Notes: a model not told the origin generated them from the sequence alone. Positions 17,011 through 26,184 are shown, counted from the stretch's first letter. The stretch is 30,264 nt of DNA from a virus (IMGVR_UViG_3300011335_000532:1-30264), one strand, 5' to 3'. Program-made: numbers and translations.

Positions 17011-18896
17011 CAACAATCTCCGTAACTCTTACCCATACCGCTTTCGCAGTTGACTGGCAAACCTTCGGCCCATGACGGAACCCAGCGCATACAGGATTCC
17101 ACGTAGGCCCGCGCTTCTTCTGCCTCAGCCTCTCGGGCAACAATCCCGATGGCGTCATGCACGGTCAAGACAACCTTGTACCGCTTGGCAATCTTTAACA
17201 TTTGATCGCCAATGATACAGCGGGCTACGGCCTGTGTAAAGTTCTCCACCACCTTGCCACCGTAAATCTTTGTCTGGCCTGCACGGGTGTCGTACACGAA
17301 CTGCCGCTTGCCATTCTCGTCGGCCATCTCCCGCAGGCCCTTGTAGTGGATGTACAGCCCGTTGGGCAGCTTGATGCCGTTGGGCTCAATGGTCAGCAAA
17401 CCGTTGCGGCACAGCTTCATGGTCTGACCCCGCACCATGCATCTCAAGGCTTCATGGGACTTCTGCCATAGCTCAGGGATCATGGGGTACGCCGCCCGGT
17501 AGGTGGTGATGATTCGCTTGGCTTCTTCCTCAGTCACATCCGTGCCGAACGTCTTGAGCTGGGCTTTGAACTTGGGGCCACCCATGCCGTAGCCTGCGCC
17601 CAAAATTGTGGTCTTGCCAACGAACCGCTCGGGGGCTGTGATCTCTTCGGTGGGCTTGTGGTAGATGGCTGATGCCATGATCTTGTACACATCCTCACCA
17701 TTGGCAAACGCCTGCACCAGATCGTCCTGCTCTGCCTCCCATGCTAAGGTCCGCGCCTCGATCTGTGAGGAGTCAGCGTCGATGAACACGTAGCCCTCCG
17801 GGGCTATGATGGCCTTCTTGAGCTTGCCTGCGTTGGCCCCACGGCTGGGCAGGTTCTGCAAGTTGATGGAGTCCGACCCTCCCCAGCGCCCTGTGTGGGC
17901 GGCGTAGTATTTCAATGGCACGGGGAACTTGCCCCGGGCTGCCAGCCCGATGAACCGCTGGGTCCGGGTCTCCTCCAGCGTGGACTTGGTGCCTATCCTT
18001 GCGGCTGCCAGCGCCTGCACCCGGATGTCCTCATGCTCCAGCAACTTCTTGAACGCCTCATCGCTTTTGGCAAAGGCAAACGTCTGCTTGCCCGTGGTCA
18101 TGCTGATCTTCTTGGGTGGCTCTACCCCAAGCGTTTTGAGCATCTCGGCAAACTTGGGGTTGCTCATGAGCACTGTGCGCACCTCGGCCTTCATCTCTTC
18201 GTTGCCGATGATTTGCTTGACGGCCAAGTCCTTGTGCCCGATGGCTTGCAGCGCCCCGACCAGATGCGCCTGCTTGGCTGCGGATACTTCCTCCAGATGC
18301 TTTTCAAGCAACCTACTGTCCAGCTCCAGCACGGGGTGAGTGAACATCCGCAGGGTCAGGTCGATGAGCTTGAGTTCGCTCAAGGGGAAGTTCAGCGCCA
18401 TCATCTTGTTGAAGATGTAGCGGGTCAGTTGAACGTCATTGGTGCAGTAGCGCCCGTAGGCATAAAGCTGCTCAGCGGTAAATGACTCGCGTCTGTAGTT
18501 GATGAAGTTATGCACCTCGGTACCCTTCTCACCCACACCGTAGCGCTCGGCCATGGCCTTGAGTGAGCCGCCAGCTTCCACCCCATGCAGCGCCCGCCCC
18601 ATGCTCAGCGTGTCAAGCCAGCCCTTGGGGGTAACGTCATAGCGCCATGCCAAGATCGCGCCATCGAACATGGTGTTGTGGGCCAGCACAAACGATGTCT
18701 TCCAAGGCAGGCTACGCAGATGCTGCGCGATGAAATCATCAGAGCCTGTCACCCAGTTGGGAGGGCCATCGTCTATCTTGTAGGCAAACCCGATAACCTC
18801 AAACTGCTCCGAGCGAACGTACTCCTCGGTGCTGATCTTCGTCAGGCTGAAATGCGGGTCGTAGTAGGTTTCAAAGTCAATTGTGATGATGTTCAT
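17010..18896 (-). CDS. polA: Family A DNA polymerase with 3'-5' exonuclease domain (Leu at the 762-equivalent position)
   Basis: IDFET (Exo I), AHNTMFD (Exo II), YCTND (Exo III), HTGRWGG, NLQNLP, DSSQIEAR (motif A), KTTILGAGYG (motif B), TVHD (motif C). ATG 18896 overlaps the upstream stop. Confidence 0.95.
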   Translation of the reverse strand: MNIITIDFETYYDPHFSLTKISTEEYVRSEQFEVIGFAYKIDDGPPNWVTGSDDFIAQHLRSLPWKTSFVLAHNTMFDGAILAWRYDVTPKGWLDTLSMGRALHGVEAGGSLKAMAERYGVGEKGTEVHNFINYRRESFTAEQLYAYGRYCTNDVQLTRYIFNKMMALNFPLSELKLIDLTLRMFTHPVLELDSRLLEKHLEEVSAAKQAHLVGALQAIGHKDLAVKQIIGNEEMKAEVRTVLMSNPKFAEMLKTLGVEPPKKISMTTGKQTFAFAKSDEAFKKLLEHEDIRVQALAAARIGTKSTLEETRTQRFIGLAARGKFPVPLKYYAAHTGRWGGSDSINLQNLPSRGANAGKLKKAIIAPEGYVFIDADSSQIEARTLAWEAEQDDLVQAFANGEDVYKIMASAIYHKPTEEITAPERFVGKTTILGAGYGMGGPKFKAQLKTFGTDVTEEEAKRIITTYRAAYPMIPELWQKSHEALRCMVRGQTMKLCRNGLLTIEPNGIKLPNGLYIHYKGLREMADENGKRQFVYDTRAGQTKIYGGKVVENFTQAVARCIIGDQMLKIAKRYKVVLTVHDAIGIVAREAEAEEARAYVESCMRWVPSWAEGLPVNCESGMGKSYGDC

Positions 18897-19420
18897 GAGC
18901 TTGTGTTGTTTGTTGTGAAGGGTCCGGAAGGCACCGCCCCCCAATTACCTTCTCGCGCTTCCCTGTCTATGGCAGTTTGCAGTATCCGCTCTGCTTCATC
19001 CCGCATTGCGGCGGGGGTGATGATGCCTACAGGTTTATTGGTTACGGCATAGTTCTGCTGCGGTCCTAGGGTCTTGCTTGCTTTCAAAATCTGCCCTGCC
19101 CCTATGGCGCTATATCGGTACTCTGTTTCAGTACCTGCAAGGATGTGCCTCAAGTAATCTTTCTTAAGGTGGGTGCGGTACACCCCCCGGTACTTGGCAA
19201 CGATGGCATCCATCTCTTCTTTGTCAAGCGCCCACTCAAGCATTGAACGGGTTGAAGACATGGTTTCCCTAGTGAGGTACTCGCTGGCGATGTTCACATG
19301 TGTGCGCATAGCATGCAGCAGTGTGGACCACCTGAACTTTTCTGTACCCTCGATGAACTCTTCTGGGTTGGTGTCCATGCGCTCCAGCACAAGAGCCACG
19401 AATGATTTTTCTTCGGTCAT
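18893..19420 (-). CDS. Hypothetical protein
   Basis: 175-aa ORF with ATGA overlaps at both ends and SD GGAGG. Confidence 0.75.
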   Translation of the reverse strand: MTEEKSFVALVLERMDTNPEEFIEGTEKFRWSTLLHAMRTHVNIASEYLTRETMSSTRSMLEWALDKEEMDAIVAKYRGVYRTHLKKDYLRHILAGTETEYRYSAIGAGQILKASKTLGPQQNYAVTNKPVGIITPAAMRDEAERILQTAIDREAREGNWGAVPSGPFTTNNTSS

Positions 19421-19734
19421 GCTTGGTTACCTCCTATAAGGATCAGATACGCATGCAGCGTATCCACGTTGTTTTCATTGATGAGGAAGGTAAGCCCACC
19501 AGCCTCGCGGATGTGTTCTAGCTCACGGTCTTGCAGCATAGTGGTCATGCCTTTACCCGCCTTGCACTCGATGGCTACAAACCTGCCTTGGATGCAGCAG
19601 ATCACATCGGGGATGCCTTGTCTTCCGTACCCGTTAGCTGGGGGGAAGAAGTAGTAGCCCTTGTTGTTTGCACAGAACTCATCGAGGACGGCCTTTACCT
19701 GCTTCTTGACCTTAGCCTCTGGGGTCATTGCCAT
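19417..19734 (-). CDS. VRR-NUC / Holliday junction resolvase-like nuclease
   Basis: TPEAKVK, GIPDVI, FVAIECK, LQ...I...GG motifs. Confidence 0.85.
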   Translation of the reverse strand: MAMTPEAKVKKQVKAVLDEFCANNKGYYFFPPANGYGRQGIPDVICCIQGRFVAIECKAGKGMTTMLQDRELEHIREAGGLTFLINENNVDTLHAYLILIGGNQA

Positions 19735-19735
19735 G

Positions 19736-20032
19736 TCAACCCCTGACTTCTTTGAGCTTGTTTCTGTAGTGCCAGTACTTGCCACCATCAGGGCTGTCCT
19801 TCTTGCCTTGGCGCATGGCGTACTTGATCATGTTGCCCTTGAGGAACCCTTGGAACTCTTCGGGCGTGAGGATGGCCTGCATGACTTCCCACGGCTGCGG
19901 GTTCATCTCTTTGTAGTGGTTGCCGCCCACTTGCATGTCATCAGCGACCTTCTCCAAGGCGCGTAAGGCTTCCTCTTCTTCAGGGGTCCAGTCGTCTTTG
20001 AAGAGGGGGAGTTGGTTGGATGTAGGGATCAT
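19736..20032 (-). CDS. DUF3310 (SaV-like) protein
   Basis: QVGGNHY...GFLKGNMIKYAMRQGKK pattern. Confidence 0.8.
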   Translation of the reverse strand: MIPTSNQLPLFKDDWTPEEEEALRALEKVADDMQVGGNHYKEMNPQPWEVMQAILTPEEFQGFLKGNMIKYAMRQGKKDSPDGGKYWHYRNKLKEVRG

Positions 20033-20080
20033 AGGAATGTTGTGTTGAAGGTGGTTGAGGTTTGCTTTGTTAAGCTGCGG

Positions 20081-20344
20081 TTACTTTACCATCGACTCGG
20101 GCGAAGGGCCACCAGTTCTTTGCGCCGCCGCTTCTTTTCTAGCGGCGTTGGCAGCTAGGCAGTCCGCGCATATGAACTTGCACATCCCCGGATACGTTTT
20201 TATGTACCCGCCTTTACGGGACTTGTCTTTCTGGCATTGCCAGCACATCGCTTTGTGCTTTGCAAAGCGCCGCTCAGAAGCCAAGTAAGACTTCAAAGCG
20301 GATATATTTTCCGCTACCAAGTTTTTAAATCCATGACCTTTCAT
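20081..20344 (-). CDS. Small C4 zinc-finger protein
   Basis: CWQC...CADC; ATGA overlap with the upstream gene. Confidence 0.7.
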   Translation of the reverse strand: MKGHGFKNLVAENISALKSYLASERRFAKHKAMCWQCQKDKSRKGGYIKTYPGMCKFICADCLAANAARKEAAAQRTGGPSPESMVK

Positions 20345-20553
20345 GTCTGCTCCTTTGCTCTGTTTTCCCTGTCTCGCGCCAGTACAAGCGTGAGTCTGTT
20401 GGGGTAGCCATTCTTGCGCATAGCACAGCGCACGTAATTCTCGATGGCTTTGATGTCGGTGTTCATCCGTCGTGCCGCGAGGTCTGTCTGTCCAAACTCA
20501 CACAGCGCATCAAGGGCTGCTGCTTGGTTCGGGGTTAGTCTGAGTGGCTTCAT
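20341..20553 (-). CDS. LuxR/NarL-type HTH protein (stand-alone)
   Basis: LTPNQ...L...G...AARRM...KAIENYV...MRK.G..NRLTLV pattern. Confidence 0.7.
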   Translation of the reverse strand: MKPLRLTPNQAAALDALCEFGQTDLAARRMNTDIKAIENYVRCAMRKNGYPNRLTLVLARDRENRAKEQT

Positions 20554-20749
20554 TTTTTCCTGCTTTGTATCCGTCTACGAACCCGGCATTCCATGCCTTG
20601 GACCAGCACTGACACCATAGCTCGTAGTATCCACGGTCAAGCGGAAATTTAAACTCTTGTGGGAACATCTCTTTAACATGCTGGCGTTTGATGAACGCAG
20701 CCCAAGCCTTGTCACGGGCGGTGTTCTGGATTGGTATGTCATCAAGCAT
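20510..20749 (-). CDS. Hypothetical protein
   Basis: In a tightly packed operon; ATG 20749 overlaps the upstream gene end; start uncertain. Confidence 0.6.
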   Translation of the reverse strand: MLDDIPIQNTARDKAWAAFIKRQHVKEMFPQEFKFPLDRGYYELWCQCWSKAWNAGFVDGYKAGKNEATQTNPEPSSSP

Positions 20750-20972
20750 CTCGCCCCCTTGCTCTGATAGCTTCGGCAACTTGTTCATCCGTCCACGTCT
20801 CGCGCCAGTGATCTTCAAAGAACTTTGCACACGCCTCGCGCTCGTCAGCACGGGCAAGGGCGGCGAAATGGACAAGCTCAGTTACACCCCAACGCGCTGG
20901 CTCCACCCACTTGTCTCCTGTGCGTACAAGCCCAGCCTCCCGCGCCATCTTGACGATTTCATCTTGGGTCAT
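20742..20972 (-). CDS. Hypothetical phage protein (MTQDEI..MAREAG / EREACA / AIRARG type)
   Basis: Modular motif pattern common in small phage proteins; ATG 20972 directly follows the upstream stop. Confidence 0.7.
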   Translation of the reverse strand: MTQDEIVKMAREAGLVRTGDKWVEPARWGVTELVHFAALARADEREACAKFFEDHWRETWTDEQVAEAIRARGRDA

Positions 20973-20973
20973 T

Positions 20974-21111
20974 TCAATACCCCCATCGAATACGGAAGCA
21001 CACCAGGTACAGGTGCAGTACAAACTCATTGCCGCTACTAACGAACCCCACAGCAAAGCATGGCCACTTGCGCGGCAGGAACTCAGTATTCAGATGTAAG
21101 CTCTTTCTCAT
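20974..21111 (-). CDS. Small hypothetical protein, 45 aa (not in ORF track)
   Basis: Translated by hand: MRKSLHLNTEFLPRKWPCFAVGFVSSGNEFVLHLYLVCFRIRWGY. Fills the gap exactly; SD GAGG. Confidence 0.65.
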   Translation of the reverse strand: MRKSLHLNTEFLPRKWPCFAVGFVSSGNEFVLHLYLVCFRIRWGY

Positions 21112-21114
21112 GTG

Positions 21115-21357
21115 TTACCTCTGTTGGTTAAAGCCAAGCCGACGCATCCCCAACTCAATGAGCATTGCGGCGTCCTCAAGGCGGTTCTGACTGCTGCTCA
21201 TGCCAGTCTGCCATTCGCCGCCTATGCGTTTGCCGACAATAGCCACCGTGATGATTTCCCCAGACTTGGCGTCTTCCAACCACTGCTCCAGCATGTTTAC
21301 GGCATCCGAGTTGTCAGGGGTTGTGGCTTTGAGAAATGGTTTGATGTTGTCTGTCAT
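21115..21357 (-). CDS. Hypothetical protein
   Basis: 80-aa ORF with ATGA overlap. Confidence 0.7.
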   Translation of the reverse strand: MTDNIKPFLKATTPDNSDAVNMLEQWLEDAKSGEIITVAIVGKRIGGEWQTGMSSSQNRLEDAAMLIELGMRRLGFNQQR

Positions 21358-21878
21358 GTGTTACCCCCGTTCTTTTCGCGCAGCTTAGCTTCGATGGCGC
21401 GGGCAATGCTTCGGTACAGGGTCTTGTTTGCTTCGTGGTATGTGGCGATAGCGGGAAACACTTGCTCAAGCTCCTCATCCGTCAGCGGCTTGCGCTGTGG
21501 TGGGGTGGTGTCATACAAGGGTTTGTATGTCCAACCTTCAAGCAATTGACCTTTGGGGTTTTCATACCAAACATCATCCTCATCGCCGTATGGCGTAAAT
21601 GTCACCCATGCGTATGGTGCAATGTCTGGCTGTGGGCTTAAATACAAAGCAGTGTTGTTGGGTTCTTGCCGTGTTCCGTATGCAGTCCACGGCTTACCTG
21701 CTTTCAATGCCTCTAAGCCTTCTGGATACACCCAAGCCACAGGCTCCTGCTCCTGCTCTGGCTGCGCCAGCCTATCGCGCAGGGCGTCATGCACGGGCAT
21801 CAGCAAATGAGTCTCACCAGTCCAGTGCCACAGGTGAATGGCATCCAGCGCCTGCTGCATCAGTTGTCGGTCAGTCAT
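21354..21878 (-). CDS. Modular hypothetical protein (EPVAW...LY..P cassettes, Ea22/Eaa-like architecture)
   Basis: QEPVAWV...ALYLSPQ and APYAWV...[17 protein letters not shown]. Confidence 0.7.
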   Translation of the reverse strand: MTDRQLMQQALDAIHLWHWTGETHLLMPVHDALRDRLAQPEQEQEPVAWVYPEGLEALKAGKPWTAYGTRQEPNNTALYLSPQPDIAPYAWVTFTPYGDEDDVWYENPKGQLLEGWTYKPLYDTTPPQRKPLTDEELEQVFPAIATYHEANKTLYRSIARAIEAKLREKNGGNT

Positions 21879-21967
21879 TTCTCAATCCTCATGAACATGC
21901 CACAGTGGGCACACTTGTAAAGCGGCTGGCCGGGTATGGCCTGCCATTGATGTTGGCAATTATTCAT
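21875..21967 (-). CDS. 30-aa zinc-ribbon-like peptide
   Basis: MNNCQHQW...YKCAHCG; ATGA overlaps at both ends. Confidence 0.6.
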   Translation of the reverse strand: MNNCQHQWQAIPGQPLYKCAHCGMFMRIEK

Positions 21968-22236
21968 AGTCCCTCGTATAACGGAATCCAAATTTTGTGT
22001 GTAGATGAGTTGGGCAATATCCAGTAGACCAACCCAACGCGGTGACCGATACCGGGCACATGGCTGTGTTGATCTACCAGCTTGAGCAAGGACACATCCC
22101 TGCGAATCCACTCAGGCAACGCCTCCTCTGAGAAGAAGGTCACGGGTCCAACAACTTCATTCTTGTGGAACACCGTGACCTCCCATCCAGAGGAGGCTTC
22201 AATTACTCGGTATGCGTGATCAGAATGTTTGTCCAT
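21964..22236 (-). CDS. Hypothetical protein
   Basis: 90-aa ORF coupled (TAATG) to the vWA gene. Confidence 0.7.
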   Translation of the reverse strand: MDKHSDHAYRVIEASSGWEVTVFHKNEVVGPVTFFSEEALPEWIRRDVSLLKLVDQHSHVPGIGHRVGLVYWILPNSSTHKIWIPLYEGL

Positions 22237-23402
22237 TAAATGTGTACTGTCACCCCCGTGGGGGCGTTGATGTGTTTGCTGTTAAGGCACCACAGCGTAG
22301 GTGCGGGCCAGTCACCGCCCCAGTCATCGCCTACGTACCCATCACTGAGCACGACGATGCAGTCGGGGCGGATGTTGTTGTCCCGCATGTATTGCGTAAC
22401 ACAGCTAGGTGCGGTGCCTCCCCCGCCCCTTGGTTTGGTGCTGTTACGCATCGTCTCAATCGTTGTCCCCTCATAGACCTCGTGCGCTGCCACACTGTCC
22501 CCCCAATACATGATGTCCACGATGCTGGGCTTGACTGACTCGCACACGCCCTGCGCCTCGGCAAGGAACTCGGACAGTGTTTGATTGTCGATGGACCCTG
22601 AGGTATCCACGGCCAGCGTCACGCGGTGCAGGTGGTCACTGTACGGTGTGGCAAGGACCATGCCCTGACTGAGGAACCTGCGGTCCAAGCGGCGGAACGT
22701 GGTGTAGTCATCACCGGGCTTGCTGTTGCTGACAAACTGACGCAGTGCATCACGCCAGTCCACCTTGGGCTCCAGCATATCGGCAATGGCTCGGTCCACG
22801 TTAGCCCCTGCCTTGCTGGCAAGGATGCCGCCTTGGCGCAGTGCTTGGTCCACCTCCCGTGTGAGGTTGTCAATGTCCTCTTGCGACATACCAGAGGCGT
22901 TGCTCCAGTCATGCTCGTCGAAGCCTTGCTTGCCCAGTTGCTGCTGCGCACCCGCATCGTCACCGTACTTCTGCACAAGCAAACGATACACCTCGCCTGC
23001 ATCCATGCCACGGTACTTCTCGTCGAGGCAGCCGCCATCGGGTAGCTTGACGAAGTGGTCGTGGGCGTACCTGTCGTAGATGATGAGGTTGATCACATAG
23101 TCACACGCCATGTTGGCCAGCATGGGGTTCTCCTCATACTGGCGGTGCCATGTGGACATATGCTTGAACGCACAGTGCAGCTTCTCATGCAGCACAAGGC
23201 CCATCAGCTCAGGGTCAGTCAGCTTATCGATGAACTGCTCACCGTATGTGACGTTGACCCCATCGGTGCGGGCTGTGATGGTCGAGTCGTCGACCACCTC
23301 AGTGTTGCCATAGACAAGGATGCCTGCAAGGAACATGAAGTCACGGTCCCGCATGAGCGAGACAGCCGCCCGCTCAACTCGTTGGTGTGGTGTAAGTCTC
23401 AT
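22236..23402 (-). CDS. DUF2201-type metallopeptidase + vWA domain protein
   Basis: TARTDG, HEKLH zincin motif, NMACDYVIN, MIDAS DTSGS, GGGT, LSDG. Confidence 0.9.
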   Translation of the reverse strand: MRLTPHQRVERAAVSLMRDRDFMFLAGILVYGNTEVVDDSTITARTDGVNVTYGEQFIDKLTDPELMGLVLHEKLHCAFKHMSTWHRQYEENPMLANMACDYVINLIIYDRYAHDHFVKLPDGGCLDEKYRGMDAGEVYRLLVQKYGDDAGAQQQLGKQGFDEHDWSNASGMSQEDIDNLTREVDQALRQGGILASKAGANVDRAIADMLEPKVDWRDALRQFVSNSKPGDDYTTFRRLDRRFLSQGMVLATPYSDHLHRVTLAVDTSGSIDNQTLSEFLAEAQGVCESVKPSIVDIMYWGDSVAAHEVYEGTTIETMRNSTKPRGGGGTAPSCVTQYMRDNNIRPDCIVVLSDGYVGDDWGGDWPAPTLWCLNSKHINAPTGVTVHI

Positions 23403-23404
23403 GA

Positions 23405-24475
23405 TTATGCAAAGAGGTATTGGTTCTTGATGGCGAAGCTGGTGAACTTGTCACACTCAAGCACGAACAACTTGTTGGGCTTCTTGATGACGGTGGTGCA
23501 GAACAAAGCCTGCACTTCCTTGTTCATGCGGGCCATGTAATCCATCCACGGCTCGATGGTCGTGTCATCCACCCAATTGATCGCTTGGTATGTGAGCATG
23601 AGCTTGCCTGCCACCTGAGTGGGTACACGCGCCCCGGTGGGGTCACTGATGATCTCGGCCCGCTTGGGCAGGCTGTCACCCATGGCGATCCATGCCTGCA
23701 AGTCCACAGCCGCAGGGGCACCGACCGTACCTGCAAGGGCAGACTCAAGCGCAACAGGGCTGAAGTGGTCACGGTGGTTGATGATCTTCGATGCCTGCTC
23801 CAGTGAGCGGTGCGTCACGAACGCTGCCCGCTGTGCCTTGGGGTGGTAGATATGCACGTTGTCATTGGCGTTGTCGTAGTAGTCGTATGGGTGCAGCACA
23901 TCAGGGCGCTCACCCACCCACATGAGGATTTCAGGGGCGATGTTGTTGAACTTGGCCCATGTGTTGATCCACGTTTCAGCATCTGTCTTTGCCATCTTCA
24001 CGGTGGTCACACGGTTGCGGTGGTGTGCTTGGAATACATCACCCACGTTCTCCGCACCAAGGTTGGTCGTGGCAAGCACGATGCTGCTGGGGTGCATACG
24101 GGCGTTGCCGAACCTGCGCTCGACCAGCGCCGACATGGTTGCGTCCTTGACAGGCTTGCTGGCCTTGCCGTACTCATCGAGCATGAGGATCACAGGCACG
24201 TTGTCATGCAACCCGAACGACTCGTTGTAGTAGAACTCGGTGGTCTTGCGCTCATGGTTGATAGCAGGGATGCGGATGTCACCCTCGTGCATCACGGTCA
24301 TGTCCATGTACACCTTGCGATGTGTGGGAAAGCGCTCAGCTAGCGTGTTGATAAGGCTGGACTTGCCGGAGCCGATGTGGCCCTCGACAACTACAGATAC
24401 CTCATGGCCGATGGCTGCGATGAGGTCCACGGTCTCAGCGTACGTGGTCTGGATAGAGTAGGCTTGCTTCTTCAT
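23405..24475 (-). CDS. MoxR-like AAA+ ATPase
   Basis: Walker A GHIGSGKS, Walker B LMLDE, sensor ATTN, NR and HRS motifs; adjacent to the vWA gene. Confidence 0.85.
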   Translation of the reverse strand: MKKQAYSIQTTYAETVDLIAAIGHEVSVVVEGHIGSGKSSLINTLAERFPTHRKVYMDMTVMHEGDIRIPAINHERKTTEFYYNESFGLHDNVPVILMLDEYGKASKPVKDATMSALVERRFGNARMHPSSIVLATTNLGAENVGDVFQAHHRNRVTTVKMAKTDAETWINTWAKFNNIAPEILMWVGERPDVLHPYDYYDNANDNVHIYHPKAQRAAFVTHRSLEQASKIINHRDHFSPVALESALAGTVGAPAAVDLQAWIAMGDSLPKRAEIISDPTGARVPTQVAGKLMLTYQAINWVDDTTIEPWMDYMARMNKEVQALFCTTVIKKPNKLFVLECDKFTSFAIKNQYLFA

Positions 24476-24493
24476 GATGGCTTCTTTCTTTGA

Positions 24494-25363
24494 TTACAGT
24501 TCTAGGGAAAATTTGTCGGTCAAGTCTTGCATCTTGGCCTTGATAGCGCCACGCACCTCAGGCGATTGCCGCAGTGACTTGATATCCACGTTGGTCAGTG
24601 AAAGCTCAAGCGCACGACGAGCCGCCTCAAGGTCGGGGTCATTCATAATGTTAAGTGATTTCAAAGTCTCGCACAGAGCGAGGGCGTTGTCCAGCATGGA
24701 TTGATACAGCTTCTGTGGTTTGCCATCCTCCTTGTCGATCATCTTGTCTTTGATGTGGCTGACCTCTTTGTACAGCCGCTCCCACGGCTCTTGCATCACG
24801 GTCTGCACACGCTTGCTCACGGCCTGCTCGAAGTTGGCCTCGACCTGTGCCAATGCTTCGGCGGGCAGGTCTACGCGGAAGTCCCCGGCTTGCGGCACAG
24901 GGGTGAACACGAACGTGAACCCGAACTTGTTTTGAATCTCCCCGGCTGTCGGGTACTCGGTTGCAAGGAACAACTTGCCCAGCTTGAACGCTTGCGCCGA
25001 CACCTTGGTGCTGTAGTTGGTGAGGAACCGCTGCACCAGTTTGAAGAACTCTTGGTCGTGCTGGTTCAGCTCGTGGCTGATGTCGAAGAACTTGCTCGTG
25101 GGCACAAGCCTTGTGCCGCCGTCAGACCACGGCAGCGTGACGTCATACAGCCAGCTACGCACCTTGCCACCGTACGCAACGATGGCTTCGAGGTCAGCGT
25201 CATCTGCGAACAGGGACTTGTACACGCTCGATGCCTTCTTGCTCTTGGCATTCTTGGCGGTGTTGACCTCCTCGGCAGTGGCCTTGTCTTGCTTGCGGCC
25301 CGTGTAGGTGGAGATGTGCAGGTCCAGCAGCATGGCGGAACCGGAAAGGGTTTTTGGTTTCAT
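24494..25363 (-). CDS. DUF3150-like helical protein
   Basis: TLPWSDGGTRLVP, EYP...KFGF, LNIMNDPDL pattern recognised from memory; context next to MoxR/vWA. Confidence 0.6.
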   Translation of the reverse strand: MKPKTLSGSAMLLDLHISTYTGRKQDKATAEEVNTAKNAKSKKASSVYKSLFADDADLEAIVAYGGKVRSWLYDVTLPWSDGGTRLVPTSKFFDISHELNQHDQEFFKLVQRFLTNYSTKVSAQAFKLGKLFLATEYPTAGEIQNKFGFTFVFTPVPQAGDFRVDLPAEALAQVEANFEQAVSKRVQTVMQEPWERLYKEVSHIKDKMIDKEDGKPQKLYQSMLDNALALCETLKSLNIMNDPDLEAARRALELSLTNVDIKSLRQSPEVRGAIKAKMQDLTDKFSLEL

Positions 25364-25387
25364 GATTACCTCGTTGTGTGAAAGATG

Positions 25388-25403
25388 TTTCCTACGTGTA
25401 GGA
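25388..25403. promoter_or_regulatory. Palindromic operator-like site TTTCCTAC-GT-GTAGGA
   Basis: Intergenic, about 25 nt upstream of the 25363 start. Confidence 0.7.
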
Positions 25404-25411
25404 GAAAATTT

Positions 25412-25567
25412 TTAAGTCTTGCGGGTGATGTACTTGGCCAGCACCCACTTGTCACCCAGTATGCGCACAGAGCGCACCCACTTGCGTTGGTTGGCACGGT
25501 TGGTTTCGCGTGGCACATAGGCCACGCTCCACATCTCCCGCACATGTTTGAGCATGCGGGTATCCAT
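25412..25567 (-). CDS. Small basic hypothetical protein, 51 aa (not in ORF track)
   Basis: Translated by hand: MDTRMLKHVREMWSVAYVPRETNRANQRKWVRSVRILGDKWVLAKYITRKT. Starts 1 nt after the upstream stop. Confidence 0.7.
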   Translation of the reverse strand: MDTRMLKHVREMWSVAYVPRETNRANQRKWVRSVRILGDKWVLAKYITRKT

Positions 25568-25568
25568 C

Positions 25569-25943
25569 TCAGCCAACCCTCATGACTTCGATGCAGTTGT
25601 TGGCCACATCCTTGTGGGTGGTGCCATTGCCATTACCCCAGACACGGGCAGCGTAGCTGCTCACGGCGCTATGCAAGGACTTCAAGTTGCCGCCCTCATA
25701 CATGGGCACACAGACTACATCGCCCACTACCATCTTGCCCATGTAGGTTGCAACGTACCCGCTCAGGTCGCCGTGCGGCAGGCCGCTGCGCTTCTGGCGT
25801 TTCTTCTCTGGCGGTGCTTCTGCAAGGCAGAGGTTGCCCAGCGTATGCACTACGCCCTCACTGTCTTTGATGATGTACTCAACGCCAAGAGCGGCCAGAG
25901 TTTTGATGGTTCTGTCGAAGGTGATTTGTTTGATGTTTGACAT
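25569..25943 (-). CDS. Hypothetical protein
   Basis: ORF with SD GGAG before ATG 25943, just downstream of a promoter. Confidence 0.7.
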   Translation of the reverse strand: MSNIKQITFDRTIKTLAALGVEYIIKDSEGVVHTLGNLCLAEAPPEKKRQKRSGLPHGDLSGYVATYMGKMVVGDVVCVPMYEGGNLKSLHSAVSSYAARVWGNGNGTTHKDVANNCIEVMRVG

Positions 25944-25975
25944 GATTTGCTTCTCCAAGATTGATTGGAATACGT

Positions 25976-26004
25976 AGTTTACAAGATAAAGGTTACAAAG
26001 TCAA
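25976..26004 (-). promoter_or_regulatory. Sigma70-type promoter TTGACT-N17-TAAACT
   Basis: -35 at 26004-25999, -10 at 25981-25976, in an AT-rich intergenic gap. Confidence 0.7.
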
Positions 26005-26040
26005 GTTGGGGTAAAGGTGCGGTGTGTATCTGTTCCGATG

Positions 26041-26184
26041 CTATCCAGCCCTCCAATAAAAGGTGTCAAGAGCTACGACGATGAGCGCGATGCCCACCAC
26101 CAGCAGCTCTACGATGTACGCAGGCTTCCTGCGCTCCGTGGGTATGGGCTTGGGCAGCCCGTATCTTTGCTTGCTGCGTCTCAT
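26041..26184 (-). CDS. Small single-pass membrane protein, 47 aa (not in ORF track)
   Basis: Translated by hand: MRRSKQRYGLPKPIPTERRKPAYIVELLVVGIALIVVALDTFYWRAG. TGATG coupling to the peptidase stop. Confidence 0.65.
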   Translation of the reverse strand: MRRSKQRYGLPKPIPTERRKPAYIVELLVVGIALIVVALDTFYWRAG

